The notes: generated from the sequence alone by a model not told the origin. Shown: positions 37,801 through 47,689, numbered from the stretch's first letter. The stretch is 64,000 bases of DNA from Candidatus Nanoarchaeia archaeon (GCA_028279765.1 JANQND010000009.1:65198-129197); one strand, 5' to 3'. Numbers and translations: made by a program.

Positions 37801-39308
37801 GAGATAACACCCTAAGCCAAACCGTCTACATGGAGGCAATAGGAAATCATTGCGCAGGTGAAGACATTAATTACACGATTTACGAGGATGATGTATTCTT
37901 TGATGACTTCGTTGATAGCCTCTTAGCAGTGTACAATACCTATCCTGTTTGGCAGCCTCCTTGGTATAACGATGCATTATTTCCTCTCATCTTTACAGAA
38001 AATCCACAGTATTACTTCGTTGCAGAAGATCCTCTTGGGAACCAATTGCAATCCCAAACTCTTGAAATTACTCGGCCACCAGAACTGGTTGGATCACTTT
38101 GCGGGAATGGTATCCTCGACTTTGGAGAAGAATGCGATGAGGCAGGACTAAATACCGATACTGCATGTACTCCAGATATTGGAGAGCAGTGCCACTACTG
38201 TAACACCACCTGCTATAACATCACGCTTGGGACTATTGAATGCCATCTCTTTGATGTAGAAATCTCTCTAAACCCAGCCAACGACAACAATTTCAACGGT
38301 CTTGCTGATGAAGGAGATATCATCACCATTAATGCAACAATTAACCCGAATTGTCAGGATGCAGACCGAATCCTTGTGGAAGCATCCTCGATAGACAATT
38401 CCTGCACAATAATACCGGGAGCATCAGCAATCATTGATGCCATGAACGAAACCATTACTATTACTCAGGGAGATTCCTCAGCCATAACAGAATGGACAGT
38501 GCCGTCCATACCTGCAGAATGCCAGGGAAAAACAGTGAATGCGCAAAGCGCGGCGCTCTATAGCGACACCAGTCAGGCACCGGTAGGGTCAACACTCAGC
38601 ACCCCGTCCGGTTCATTCACCTTTGCAGGCGCTGTTTGCGGCAATGGCCTTCCGAATTCAGGTGAACAATGCGATGACGCAAATTCGAACAATAGTGATT
38701 CCTGCATCATTGACCCTCTGAACGGATATGAATGCAAGGATGCGTTTTGTGGTGATAACTATACCCGTTCAGGATTCGAACAATGTGATGATGGAAACGC
38801 CATTGATACAGATTCCTGTACCAGCTCCTGCCAGATTGCATTCTGTGGTGATTCAATTATTCAAAGTGGAGTAGAAGAGTGTGACGACGGAAATATTCAA
38901 AGCGGTGATCGCTGCTCAAGCACTTGCCAGTATGAGGCGAGCTTTATCTGGAATGAGAAGAATGAACAAAGAGAAGCGGTGCTGATATTAGGATTAGAAA
39001 AGGATATTAGTGGTGACTGGCAGGATTATCTCATCGTCTTTAACAGCTCAAGCGACATCTCCTCTCTGATTACCTTTGAGGATAAAACCACCATTGCAGA
39101 CGATGCACCGGTGGATCTCAGCCAATTTGAATCCTATGAGAGCAGTTATCATTTACTGAGCTATTACTGGAACCATACGGGATGGACTCCGCAGCCCGGA
39201 GATGAGGGAACCTACCGGGCATTCCTGGAACTGCGCGACAACATTAACGAAGTCATCGAAATTCAGGGCAGTGATAGAATCTATTCAAACAGTTTCACCG
39301 TCTCATAA
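34875..39308 (+). CDS. Giant surface protein: GASSNG repeats, Myxococcus-type Cys-rich (DUF4215) repeats, beta-propeller-like region
   Basis: Signal peptide; ~16 GASSNGI.V.G units; about 7 CG(D/N)G.....E.CD units; DGGY/K.D..G...W blades. Confidence 0.85.
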   Translation: MHGTPLKGWRKRASIARAAVLCLALALITSAQAFSTLPGVISDAASNGIHVYSRIGIPIQGLEVGSSSNGLFGRGFVVSNNQGEGVGASSSGILVRAKVKTINALKPISAASSNGISVRGSIQVISNSEPGTGASANGILVRGTLLTMDKKMPKSGALSNGIYAVGSIANTATLSPRTASSSNGINVVGRFNLGINDPPIVSASSNGINTRAKTYLRDALMPITGAGSNGLSVIADIGTHGGSSTTNGIKVLGVVRKTADPAEFDGDTGAASNGLFVLGTLDKGNIQQSGASSNGIHVQGLINTDSTGEEGTVIGIEVSSGATSNGISVNGTLSTGSMINPLTGASSNGLFVQGIIRAVDELYPATAASSNGIAASGTMIDLSNSDDSGASTNGIVISGTLVTDQPSLCEEFGLHVLFGEVSCFCGDGRLDDDEQCDDGNDNNNDACTNTCQLATCGDGYLQGSEQCDFGSNNNDAGACTTSCEWGPQCSVNEFYKLIPEHTLATDIEMRECGYILAAENSIDPMFSEFDHKGEFIQSKIIETAGNSNWYHPLQKSIKTSDGGYLVLGISHYYQIFIAKLDQNYVLQWEQSIDTSDDQITLVDVIEDHEGNFVASGTNNNYNDFLLYKFSSDGSLIWRKTLSALGGGDGIGYSIEQDEDHNYVVVGVKQHDIAIDAHGIYVGKFDMNGNQIISKYLYDDPLKRYVARDFIINEDSSITIAGYVRENSISNPTDSLLITKFDTNYDPVWSRTIETQQGFKNFFATSITHAHQGGYVVVGGLSGADDVLPYHHFDSLQNGQKLITAVFDESGNLQHSYTTLNEFTVANDIEQHPMGGYAIAGQAQTGALLVRTNNLGNVTFCNDWVDLSLSSNSITLSSINPIASQDDTLSLIITVDGTPITDHSITSDTFICYIEPNICGNGFHEPTNGEQCDDGNNIDDDSCSNTCVAQCVLSSAQWIYADNSMVTSPVQGWEAGRDNTLSQTVYMEAIGNHCAGEDINYTIYEDDVFFDDFVDSLLAVYNTYPVWQPPWYNDALFPLIFTENPQYYFVAEDPLGNQLQSQTLEITRPPELVGSLCGNGILDFGEECDEAGLNTDTACTPDIGEQCHYCNTTCYNITLGTIECHLFDVEISLNPANDNNFNGLADEGDIITINATINPNCQDADRILVEASSIDNSCTIIPGASAIIDAMNETITITQGDSSAITEWTVPSIPAECQGKTVNAQSAALYSDTSQAPVGSTLSTPSGSFTFAGAVCGNGLPNSGEQCDDANSNNSDSCIIDPLNGYECKDAFCGDNYTRSGFEQCDDGNAIDTDSCTSSCQIAFCGDSIIQSGVEECDDGNIQSGDRCSSTCQYEASFIWNEKNEQREAVLILGLEKDISGDWQDYLIVFNSSSDISSLITFEDKTTIADDAPVDLSQFESYESSYHLLSYYWNHTGWTPQPGDEGTYRAFLELRDNINEVIEIQGSDRIYSNSFTVS

Positions 39309-39310
39309 TC

Positions 39311-39904
39311 TTATTTTCTGAATAAGTGAATAAACCCTGAGAAACATCGAAGAATAAGCTCTCCGCAGACTATCAAGATAAAGTAATAGGCCGCATTTTT
39401 CCATAGTGAAAGAAACTGCTCTATGATAATCCCTACATCGAAAAGAGTAATGAGCTTCACATCAATAATAAAGATGCCCAGAAGAGCAAAAGGAATCATC
39501 TTTGCAATATCTTTAGACAAATCTTCATTATAATAGGCACAAATTCTCGTAGTTGCAATCAAAGCCATGGAGGCAAGCAAAATCTGATCAAAAGACCGTG
39601 TTGAAATTAACGAAATCAGCACCACAATCACTAAAAACCAGAAAAAAACAAACAGAGGAAAGATAATCAAATACTCCAGAACATAAAAAATAGCAGCAAA
39701 AAAACCATAAAAGAAAGGATGTTTCGACTCATTATACTTATTCAGGTCCAGTTTAAAAATATCCCGACGCGCAAGAGCCCGATAGAACTTAAAGATAAAT
39801 ACTGAATACACGATCATCCCGGCAACCAGTATCAATAGGGGCTCTAAAGTAGACGTAGCCTCAGCAAGCGAAAATTCCGTGCCACTGACATTGATGGACG
39901 CCAT
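39311..39904 (-). CDS. Integral membrane protein
   Basis: Multiple TM helices; AYYNEDLSKDIAKMIPF. Confidence 0.7.
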   Translation of the reverse strand: MASINVSGTEFSLAEATSTLEPLLILVAGMIVYSVFIFKFYRALARRDIFKLDLNKYNESKHPFFYGFFAAIFYVLEYLIIFPLFVFFWFLVIVVLISLISTRSFDQILLASMALIATTRICAYYNEDLSKDIAKMIPFALLGIFIIDVKLITLFDVGIIIEQFLSLWKNAAYYFILIVCGELILRCFSGFIHLFRK

Positions 39905-40001
39905 GAAAGCCTTTACAAGTTTAGTGTATTTAAGCATATCGAATTGCTAGTTCTATGATTTCTCCGAATAATTTATATTCTACTGTTCATTCTTTGTTGT
40001 G

Positions 40002-40562
40002 ATGAGCCAAGAAATAGCAGCTGAGCATACAAGACATCAGGGGCTAATCCACTCTTCTGCCTATTCAGAGAAATTGCTATATTTGGTGGGAAATTCTAGT
40101 TTAGCCCAATCTGAGTTAGCAGATGGCATATTTCCTAATGTTTTTGGAGCAATAACTTACGTAATAGGGCAAAACGAAAAAATCAAATCCTTATGGACGG
40201 AAAAAGGAAAACCGCTAGATGAATATACCGATGCATTAGGTGATTTTGTTTGTATCCCCAACGACGATTTACCTGGTTACGTTGGCGAAGAGCCGATGAA
40301 CGTCTTGCTACAGGGTCTGTCACAAACCGCACTAGCTCCAGACAGAATTATTGCATTCTATTGGGAGAATAATAGAACAGAGGCAAATGGCTTTAGACTA
40401 AGGCATTCCGGTTTATATTTGGGGAAACAGTCAGGAGAGGATATATTTTTTCATCAAGATGGAATTGGTGGTAGATATGCTATTTCCAGCATTGATGATT
40501 ATAAATCTGACTTATTGCCAAGCTCCACAGAAACTCTCGAGTTAAAAGTATTTGCTCCTTAA
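40002..40562 (+). CDS. Hypothetical protein, possibly degenerate NlpC/P60-like fold
   Basis: PNVFG and HSGLYLG...FFHQ pattern. Confidence 0.4.
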   Translation: MSQEIAAEHTRHQGLIHSSAYSEKLLYLVGNSSLAQSELADGIFPNVFGAITYVIGQNEKIKSLWTEKGKPLDEYTDALGDFVCIPNDDLPGYVGEEPMNVLLQGLSQTALAPDRIIAFYWENNRTEANGFRLRHSGLYLGKQSGEDIFFHQDGIGGRYAISSIDDYKSDLLPSSTETLELKVFAP

Positions 40563-40569
40563 TTATAAT

Positions 40570-41922
40570 TCACATCCCAAAGCCTTTGGGCATCTTACCT
40601 TTCATCTTCTTCATCATTTTGTTCATATCGGTTGAGCCTTTCATCATCTTCATCATTTTCTTGCTCTGCCGATACTGTTTAATCAATTCACGCACTTCCC
40701 GCGCATTCAGCCCCGATCCCCGGCAAACCCGGTCAATGCGATCGGAATCAATCATCTCAGGCTCTTCAAGCTCCTCTTGTGTCATGCTTTGCATCGCGAT
40801 CTTCCATTTCTCTAATTTGCCCTCCTGCGTCTGCAGAACCTCTTTAGGCATTTTTAATTGTCCGAACCCGGGAATCATCTCTGCAACTTTAGTAAGGGGT
40901 CCCATCTTTTTCATTGCAGCCATTTGCTCATACAAGTCCAGTAAGCTAAAATCGCCTTTCAAAAAGCGCTTGCCCAGATCCTCTGCATCTTCTTCAGAAA
41001 TAGCCTCTTTTGCTTTCTCCAAAAGGGTCTCTAAATCACCCATTCCAAGCAACCTGCCAACAAAATTCTTCGGTTTAAACTCTTCCAGGTCATCACTTTT
41101 TTCCCCTACACCGATAAACTTAATTGGCGCCTGAGTCGTTGCACATGCAGACAACGCTCCTCCTGCTTTAGCGGTTCCATCCATTTTGGTCGCAATAACT
41201 CCGGTGATATGGCAACTCTCATGGAACTGCTCTGCCTGTTTTTGGGCAGTTTGCCCAATATCTGCAGAAATAACAAGCAATCGCTCTTCAGGTTTAGCAA
41301 GAGAATTAAGGGATTCGATCTCTTCAATAAGGTCCTCACTCAAAGCGTCCCTTCCCGCCGTATCCATGATAACAATATCAAACTGCTCAAGCTCCTTCTC
41401 GAAGTGCTTATAAATAGCATTCACATCTTTCTCATCGCGCTTTACAAACACCGGAACATTCACCTGTGCTCCAATTTGTTCAATTTGATCAATAGCAGCA
41501 GGTCGATGTACATCCAGTCCTATTAAACAGACCTTATGCCCGCGCTTGATAAAAAATTTAGCAAGTTTGCCTGAAGTAGTGGTTTTACCTGAGCCAAACA
41601 AGCCTACCAGCATGATCTTGAAGGGTTTCTGAGAAATCTCGATCTTGTGGCCCTCACCACCCAGAAATTCGGTTAATTCTTCATAGACGATATTGATCAG
41701 GTACTCTCTTTTGGTTAGCCCAGCAGGAGCATCTTCCTTTAGTGCCCGCTCCTTGATCTTCTTCGTAAACTCGAAAACCAGCTTCACATTCACATCTGCC
41801 TGGATCAGAGCCCGCTGAATATCTTTAATGAGCTCATTAATCAGTTTCTCATCAACAAATACCGCTTTGGCTATCTTATTGAGGGTGTTTTTCAGTGAAC
41901 TGCCCAGTTTTTCTAAAACCAT
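40570..41922 (-). CDS. srp54: Signal recognition particle protein SRP54
   Basis: ADVNV, GLFGSGKTTT, DTAGR, TKMDG, RLLGMGD, Met-rich M domain. Confidence 0.97.
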   Translation of the reverse strand: MVLEKLGSSLKNTLNKIAKAVFVDEKLINELIKDIQRALIQADVNVKLVFEFTKKIKERALKEDAPAGLTKREYLINIVYEELTEFLGGEGHKIEISQKPFKIMLVGLFGSGKTTTSGKLAKFFIKRGHKVCLIGLDVHRPAAIDQIEQIGAQVNVPVFVKRDEKDVNAIYKHFEKELEQFDIVIMDTAGRDALSEDLIEEIESLNSLAKPEERLLVISADIGQTAQKQAEQFHESCHITGVIATKMDGTAKAGGALSACATTQAPIKFIGVGEKSDDLEEFKPKNFVGRLLGMGDLETLLEKAKEAISEEDAEDLGKRFLKGDFSLLDLYEQMAAMKKMGPLTKVAEMIPGFGQLKMPKEVLQTQEGKLEKWKIAMQSMTQEELEEPEMIDSDRIDRVCRGSGLNAREVRELIKQYRQSKKMMKMMKGSTDMNKMMKKMKGKMPKGFGM

Positions 41923-42093
41923 AAGCATAAGAAAATAGTTTAAGCTTTATAAAGATTAACTAAATCACTCTTCTCTATAAACACATAATACAAAAAATAT
42001 TTTCACTACCCAAAAAGTTTAAATATAAGTGAGTATTGTAAAATGATAAAAATAAAGAAACCTATAGAAGGGTAATCGAGTGGGGTGTACTTA

Positions 42094-43428
42094 ATGAACA
42101 AAAAACTATTGCTAATCAGCCTATGTATAACCGTATTTCTCATTTCTGCATGCGAACAGCAAGCGGCGACAAATGACGTTGCGTTTGTTCCTATTGATCA
42201 AATCCAGGTGGAAGAAGATCAGCAGACAGAATATATTTCTACAGAGCAGGATGCAGGCCAAATGGATTCTGAAAAAGAAGAGGGAATGAAAGAAGATTCC
42301 ATGGAAGGCCATATGATGGACGATGCAGGCATGGAAAAGGAAGATGCCATGCAGGATTCCGGAACCGAAATCATTGTTGAAGACGGTATAATCATTGAAG
42401 ACACCCCCTTAGAAGGCGGGCAGGAAGATATTACCAATGACGGAATTGTTATAGAAGATACTCAGATTGCGCAGGCTGTCGAGAGCGGCGATACCGAAAC
42501 GATTGATCTCACCACTATTCCTGTGGAAGAGGACGCAGCTGAGGATGACCATGACCATTCAGCCGATCATGTGCATGATGAAGAGGATCATATGGACGAT
42601 ACAACCATCGCAGTCGTTGAAGAAACAGAGCCAGCACCACGGGAAATCGTCCTCATTGTGCAGGAAACTGACTTGGTAAACGTTCAGCCTGTCGCTAATG
42701 ATCCTGACCAGGACAAGCTGGAATTCACCTACAGTAGTCCTTTGAACAGCCAGGGAAAATGGCAAACGACCTATGGTGACCAGGGTGAGTATACTATCAC
42801 TATTACTGCATCCGACAGTGAATTAACAACTTCGCGTGATGCTCTGCTCATCGTAAACAAGAAAGAAGAGCTTCCGGTGATCTCCATCCTTGCTCCGGTA
42901 GGAGAGATGGCACAGGAGATCAACGAGAACTCCGACCTGCAGTTCACTATTAAAGCATCTGACCTAAATAAGGATCCGCTCACTTATATGTGGAAACTTG
43001 ATGGGGAAGTGGTCTCTGTTGACGAAAACTACAAATACGAAGCAGATTATAATAGCGCAGGATCACATACGATAAAAGTGGATGTATCAGACGGCACCTC
43101 TACGGTCTCTGAACTATGGGCAATTACGGTCAACAATGTTGACCGCCCGCCAGTGCTCAAGGTGATCCCTGATGTCACAGTAAAAGAGACGGAAACAGTA
43201 GTGATCACCCCTGCAGCAACCGATCCTGATGGGGATGAAATCACCTACACTATCTCTGATCCGGTTGGTGATTCAGGAATCTGGGAGACGACCTATGATA
43301 GCGCAGGAGTGTATACGGTGACTGTTGCAGCATCTGATGGTGAACTGGACGATAGCCAGCAGGTCAAAGTAACGGTTATTAATGTGAACCGTGCTCCGAT
43401 CATCGAAGATATTATCCAGGTGCAATAA
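42094..43428 (+). CDS. Lipoprotein with acidic linker and Ig/PKD/cadherin-like repeats
   Basis: ISAC lipobox; DPD.D.L.Y, W.TTY...G.Y, N.PP junctions. Confidence 0.8.
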   Translation: MNKKLLLISLCITVFLISACEQQAATNDVAFVPIDQIQVEEDQQTEYISTEQDAGQMDSEKEEGMKEDSMEGHMMDDAGMEKEDAMQDSGTEIIVEDGIIIEDTPLEGGQEDITNDGIVIEDTQIAQAVESGDTETIDLTTIPVEEDAAEDDHDHSADHVHDEEDHMDDTTIAVVEETEPAPREIVLIVQETDLVNVQPVANDPDQDKLEFTYSSPLNSQGKWQTTYGDQGEYTITITASDSELTTSRDALLIVNKKEELPVISILAPVGEMAQEINENSDLQFTIKASDLNKDPLTYMWKLDGEVVSVDENYKYEADYNSAGSHTIKVDVSDGTSTVSELWAITVNNVDRPPVLKVIPDVTVKETETVVITPAATDPDGDEITYTISDPVGDSGIWETTYDSAGVYTVTVAASDGELDDSQQVKVTVINVNRAPIIEDIIQVQ

Positions 43429-43458
43429 GCTTCCTGCATCTGGTGTGGGGGAGAGCGC

Positions 43459-45393
43459 ATGAAAAGATACATGCTTTTCATTTTTTTTTCTTTATTATTC
43501 TCTGTTATTGCTAGCTCTGCAACCATCCTGGAGTTTGAGGAAACTGACTATATCAATCTGCGGCCAAAAGCAGTTGATCAGGATAATGATTCCCTGAGCT
43601 ATTATTTTGACCGCCCGCTGACCACTGAGGGAACCTGGCAGACAACCTACGGGGATGAAGGCGTATACAACACTAAGGTATCAGTAACTGACGGCAGGCT
43701 GGTGACTCAAAAGAACATTACCCTTATCGTAAATAAGAAAGAGGAGTCACCGCAGATCAGCATTCTGGCCCCGCAGGGAGAACACATCTACATAGAAGAG
43801 TCAAAATCAATCTTTTTTAATATTCAGGCATCAGACCTTAATAAAGACGATTTGAGCACCGAATGGTTCCTTGACGGTGAAAAAGTATCAGAAGGAAATT
43901 ATTTCACCTATGCCTCTGATTTCTATAGCCAGGGAAACCACACTATTGCAGTTGAAGTACATGACGGAGTAAATACCGTTGCTCAGAGCTGGGAAGTAGA
44001 GGTGCAGGATGTTGACCGCACTCTTTTGCTTGACGAATTCAAAAGCATGACGGTTAACGAAACCGATATTGTTGTACTCAGCCTGCCTGACTTTGCAGCA
44101 TTTGACCTGTTCTATAATATCAGTTCTCCATTTGAGAGCGAAAACAAATGGGAAACAACCTATGATGACGCAGGAGTATACACTATTGCGGTAACTATCT
44201 GGGATAACAGGGAATTCAAGGCAGTAAAAACCTTCAAGATACTGGTAGAAAATGTTGACCGGCCTGCAAATCCTTTATCGGAGAATACCTATTGGATATC
44301 TGAAAACGAGCAGCTCATTATTTCTCTCAATTATACAGACCCTGATGGTGATGCAGTAAAAACTGAAGTGGGCGGCCTGCCACGCGGAGCGAAAATAGAG
44401 AGGGACGAGCTCATATGGACACCCTCTTATGAATACGTAACTAAAGAAAATTTCATTGATGATATTGCCAAGAATTTTCATGCCATGAGCAGAACACTCT
44501 CTGTTCAGGTAAACGCTACCTCCAGTAATCTGCGGTTAACCCAGCCACTTCATATCCGGGTATTTGACTCTAATCTACCTCCGGTATTAGAGCCAATTAA
44601 TGATATAACAGTTACGGAAGGGGAGGCTGTGTACTTCAATCTCTCTTCCTTTGATCCGGATAATGACACCATCTCCTATTCCTTTGACGGTATTATCAAT
44701 AAAGACGGCTATCAAACAGCACAGGGAGATGCAGGAACATACTATGTTACTGTCTGGGCAAATGATGGGTTTCTGAAAACCCAAAAACGTGCAAAAATAA
44801 CCGTTCTTGCTGCCAACTCTCCTCCTGTTATAGATGCTATTGAGGACCACCAGGTAAACGAAGGAGAAGTGCTTGAAATTTCACTGCGCGTGCAGGATAC
44901 AGAGAACGATAAGATTTCCTATTCCACAAATCCTGTTCTTGACGGGTCCTATTTCCAGGGAAGCACATTTATCTGGAAGCCAAGCCATGAGGTGGCATCA
45001 CAGGATAATCCGAAAATCATTGATCTGGAATTCTTCGCAAAAGACGATGCAGGGTCAACATCCCAGAAAACATCAATAACCGTGAATGACGTAAAGCGCC
45101 CTTTCTCACTTACTCTCTCGAGCCAGATTGATGGTGAAACCTTTTACGTAGGAGACGAAATTCCTCTTTTTGTAGAGGTATTTAACCCTGACAATCTTGA
45201 GCTTACTTACCGATGGAAAATTTCCTTGTTTAATTCCATAGAAGCAAACAATTCGTTGATCGTAGTCTACGACAAACCGGGAAAAAAGAAAGTCTCGGTG
45301 CTAGTCTCTGATGGGGAGCAAACACTCGATAGAGAGTGGGAATTCAGGCTTGAAAAGCGGCCTGAAGTAGAACTGGCAGGCCTCAATACATAG
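43459..45393 (+). CDS. Secreted multi-Ig/PKD-domain protein (paralog of upstream gene)
   Basis: Repeated WQTTYGDEG.Y, DPD.D, N.PPV motifs. Confidence 0.8.
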   Translation: MKRYMLFIFFSLLFSVIASSATILEFEETDYINLRPKAVDQDNDSLSYYFDRPLTTEGTWQTTYGDEGVYNTKVSVTDGRLVTQKNITLIVNKKEESPQISILAPQGEHIYIEESKSIFFNIQASDLNKDDLSTEWFLDGEKVSEGNYFTYASDFYSQGNHTIAVEVHDGVNTVAQSWEVEVQDVDRTLLLDEFKSMTVNETDIVVLSLPDFAAFDLFYNISSPFESENKWETTYDDAGVYTIAVTIWDNREFKAVKTFKILVENVDRPANPLSENTYWISENEQLIISLNYTDPDGDAVKTEVGGLPRGAKIERDELIWTPSYEYVTKENFIDDIAKNFHAMSRTLSVQVNATSSNLRLTQPLHIRVFDSNLPPVLEPINDITVTEGEAVYFNLSSFDPDNDTISYSFDGIINKDGYQTAQGDAGTYYVTVWANDGFLKTQKRAKITVLAANSPPVIDAIEDHQVNEGEVLEISLRVQDTENDKISYSTNPVLDGSYFQGSTFIWKPSHEVASQDNPKIIDLEFFAKDDAGSTSQKTSITVNDVKRPFSLTLSSQIDGETFYVGDEIPLFVEVFNPDNLELTYRWKISLFNSIEANNSLIVVYDKPGKKKVSVLVSDGEQTLDREWEFRLEKRPEVELAGLNT

Positions 45394-45424
45394 GCTTATA
45401 AATCTTCTTTTGTTATCTGCATGT

Positions 45425-46981
45425 ATGAAAATACCGCAGCAGTATTCTGACCCTACTTTAAATCTTGCGCTGGATACTCTTGCCTCTAAGAAGCAGGCAA
45501 TCGTTTTTGTCAATACGAAAAACTCTGCAGAAAAGACTGCAGAAGAAATCGCAAAAAAAGTTAAAGAAAAAACTCATGTCGTCCTTGCAGAAAAAGCCCT
45601 GCATTCTCTCTCAAGCCCCACAAAACAATGCCAGCGTTTAGCAAAGTGCCTGGAAAAAGGAATTGCTTTTCATCATGCAGGATTAACTTCTCAGCAAAAA
45701 GAGCTTATAGAGGATAGTTTTCGAAACAAGGAGATCAAAGTCATTGCCGCAACACCCACGCTTGCAGCAGGGTTAGATCTCCCAGCGTATCGTGTTATAC
45801 TAAAAGATCTGCGTAGATTCGGAAGGAGGGGCCTGCAGTATATCCCGGTTCTCGAATACCTGCAAATGGCGGGACGAGCAGGGCGGCCAAAGTATGATAC
45901 GAAAGGGCAGGCAATCACCGTAAGCTCTTCAGAAGATCAAAAAGAAGAATTAACGAACAGGTATCTTCACGGAGAGCCGGAATCTATCTATTCGAAACTT
46001 GCTGTTGAGCCGGTACTCAGGACCTATGTATTATCTTTGATCGCATCAAAATTTGCAACTTCTAAGAAGTCTCTTTTCGACTTTTTTTCCCAGACCTTCT
46101 GGGCGCACCAGTTTGGTGATACCCAGAAGTTATTTGGAATTATCGAAAAAACTCTCCAGTTATTAGAGGAGTGGGAGTTCATAATCGGATCAGATACCTC
46201 TGAGCAGCATGCAGAGTTCACTTCTGCATCAGACTTGCTCAAGGAGGATACCAAGTATAAAGCAACGATATTGGGTAGCAGAGTAGCACAGCTCTATATT
46301 GACCCTTACACTGCACATTATTTTGTAGAAGCGCTGCAGAGGGGAGCGCAGCGATCCATTGCTCCCTTTTCTATTCTTCACATTGTCTCCTCTACTTTGG
46401 AAATCAGGCCGCAGCTGAAGGCAAAGACAAAAGAATTTGAAAAAATCCAGGAGGCTCTGCTCACCTATGGAGATGATCTTCTGGACAAGGAGCCCTCTAT
46501 CTATGATGAAGACTACGAGCAGTTTCAGAACGCCATCAAAACTGCACTGTTCTTTCAGGACTGGATTGATGAAAAAGGCGAAGAATTCTTATTGGAGGAA
46601 TACGCTATCAGGCCGGGTGAAATTAAGGCAAAGCTTGACATCGCAGACTGGCTGATCTACTGCATGGATGAGATGGCTCGAATACTCTCTTTTAAGGATT
46701 TGATTGCAGAACTCAAGAAATTACGAGTCCGCCTGCAATATGGAGTCAAAGAAGAGATCATTACTTTGCTTAAGCTCAAGAATATTGGTCGTGTTCGTGC
46801 ACGAAATTTGTATAAGAATGGTATCAAAGATATTGCTGCGGTGAAAGCTGCAGACTTTATGAAACTCTCCCAAATACTCGGAAAGAATATTGCAATCGAC
46901 GTCAAAGAGCAGGTAGGGCAAAAGGTCGAACAGGTAAAGGAAAATAAAAGGAAAGGACAAATTAGTTTGAAGGATTATTGA
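45425..46981 (+). CDS. Hel308/Ski2-like helicase lacking the N-terminal RecA1 domain
   Basis: Begins at motif IV region (AIVFVNT); HHAGL, TPTLAAGLDLP, QMAGRAGRP, YGVKEE, HhH; no Walker A or DExH. Confidence 0.85.
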   Translation: MKIPQQYSDPTLNLALDTLASKKQAIVFVNTKNSAEKTAEEIAKKVKEKTHVVLAEKALHSLSSPTKQCQRLAKCLEKGIAFHHAGLTSQQKELIEDSFRNKEIKVIAATPTLAAGLDLPAYRVILKDLRRFGRRGLQYIPVLEYLQMAGRAGRPKYDTKGQAITVSSSEDQKEELTNRYLHGEPESIYSKLAVEPVLRTYVLSLIASKFATSKKSLFDFFSQTFWAHQFGDTQKLFGIIEKTLQLLEEWEFIIGSDTSEQHAEFTSASDLLKEDTKYKATILGSRVAQLYIDPYTAHYFVEALQRGAQRSIAPFSILHIVSSTLEIRPQLKAKTKEFEKIQEALLTYGDDLLDKEPSIYDEDYEQFQNAIKTALFFQDWIDEKGEEFLLEEYAIRPGEIKAKLDIADWLIYCMDEMARILSFKDLIAELKKLRVRLQYGVKEEIITLLKLKNIGRVRARNLYKNGIKDIAAVKAADFMKLSQILGKNIAIDVKEQVGQKVEQVKENKRKGQISLKDY

Positions 46982-46996
46982 TCAAAACTTTTATAA

Positions 46997-47019
46997 GTAA
47001 GAAAGTATTACTTTCCTAC
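46997..47019. promoter_or_regulatory. Inverted repeat upstream of TA operon, candidate autoregulatory operator
   Basis: GTAAGAAAGTA-T-TACTTTCCTAC, one mismatch, just after TATA TTTATAAG. Confidence 0.55.
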
Positions 47020-47030
47020 AGGTGATAAGT

Positions 47031-47297
47031 ATGTCAGAGGTCGAAATAACAACAACATCAATAAAAGGACAAGTAGTTATACCACAGAGCATACGGGATG
47101 AGCTTAATATTCAACCGGGAACAAAATTTGCAGCCTTTGGTAAGAAAGATATTGTTATTCTCAAGAAGATGAGTACTCCTTCTATACAGGATTTTGAAAA
47201 TCTGGTTGATTATGGAACACGCTTTGCAAGAGAGAAAGGAATAAAATCAGAAAAAGACGTTCAGAGAATACTGCGAGATTCAGGTAAGAATAAATGA
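47031..47297 (+). CDS. AbrB/MazE-family antitoxin
   Basis: KGQVVIPQSIRDELNIQPG. Confidence 0.9.
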   Translation: MSEVEITTTSIKGQVVIPQSIRDELNIQPGTKFAAFGKKDIVILKKMSTPSIQDFENLVDYGTRFAREKGIKSEKDVQRILRDSGKNK

Positions 47298-47689
47298 ATG
47301 TTGTTCTGGATACAAATATTCTTATTTCTGCGCTTTTTTGGAGAGGAACTCCTTATAGGGTGGTTCTTAGTGCTCTTCAGGGGAAGTATTCTCTTTGTCT
47401 TTCCAGAAGTATATTGCTTGAGCTAGAGGAAAAACTCAAGTTGAAATTTAAATTTCCGCAAAGCAAGATAAAAGATCTCTTGACAATTTTAAGCTCTTAT
47501 TCCATTATTGTGAAACCTTCAAAAAAACTGCATGTTATTACAGAAGATCCAGATGACAATAAAATCCTCGAGTGTGCAATTGCTTGCAAAGCAAAGTATA
47601 TTATTTCAGGAGATCGTCATCTTTTACACTTAAAACAATACAAAGGAATAAGAATCATTTCAGCAAATGAGTTTCTAAAACTACTATGA
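47294..47689 (+). CDS. PIN-domain toxin (VapC-like)
   Basis: VLDTNILISAL, DPDDNKILECA, ISGDRHLL. Confidence 0.92.
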   Translation: MNVVLDTNILISALFWRGTPYRVVLSALQGKYSLCLSRSILLELEEKLKLKFKFPQSKIKDLLTILSSYSIIVKPSKKLHVITEDPDDNKILECAIACKAKYIISGDRHLLHLKQYKGIRIISANEFLKLL

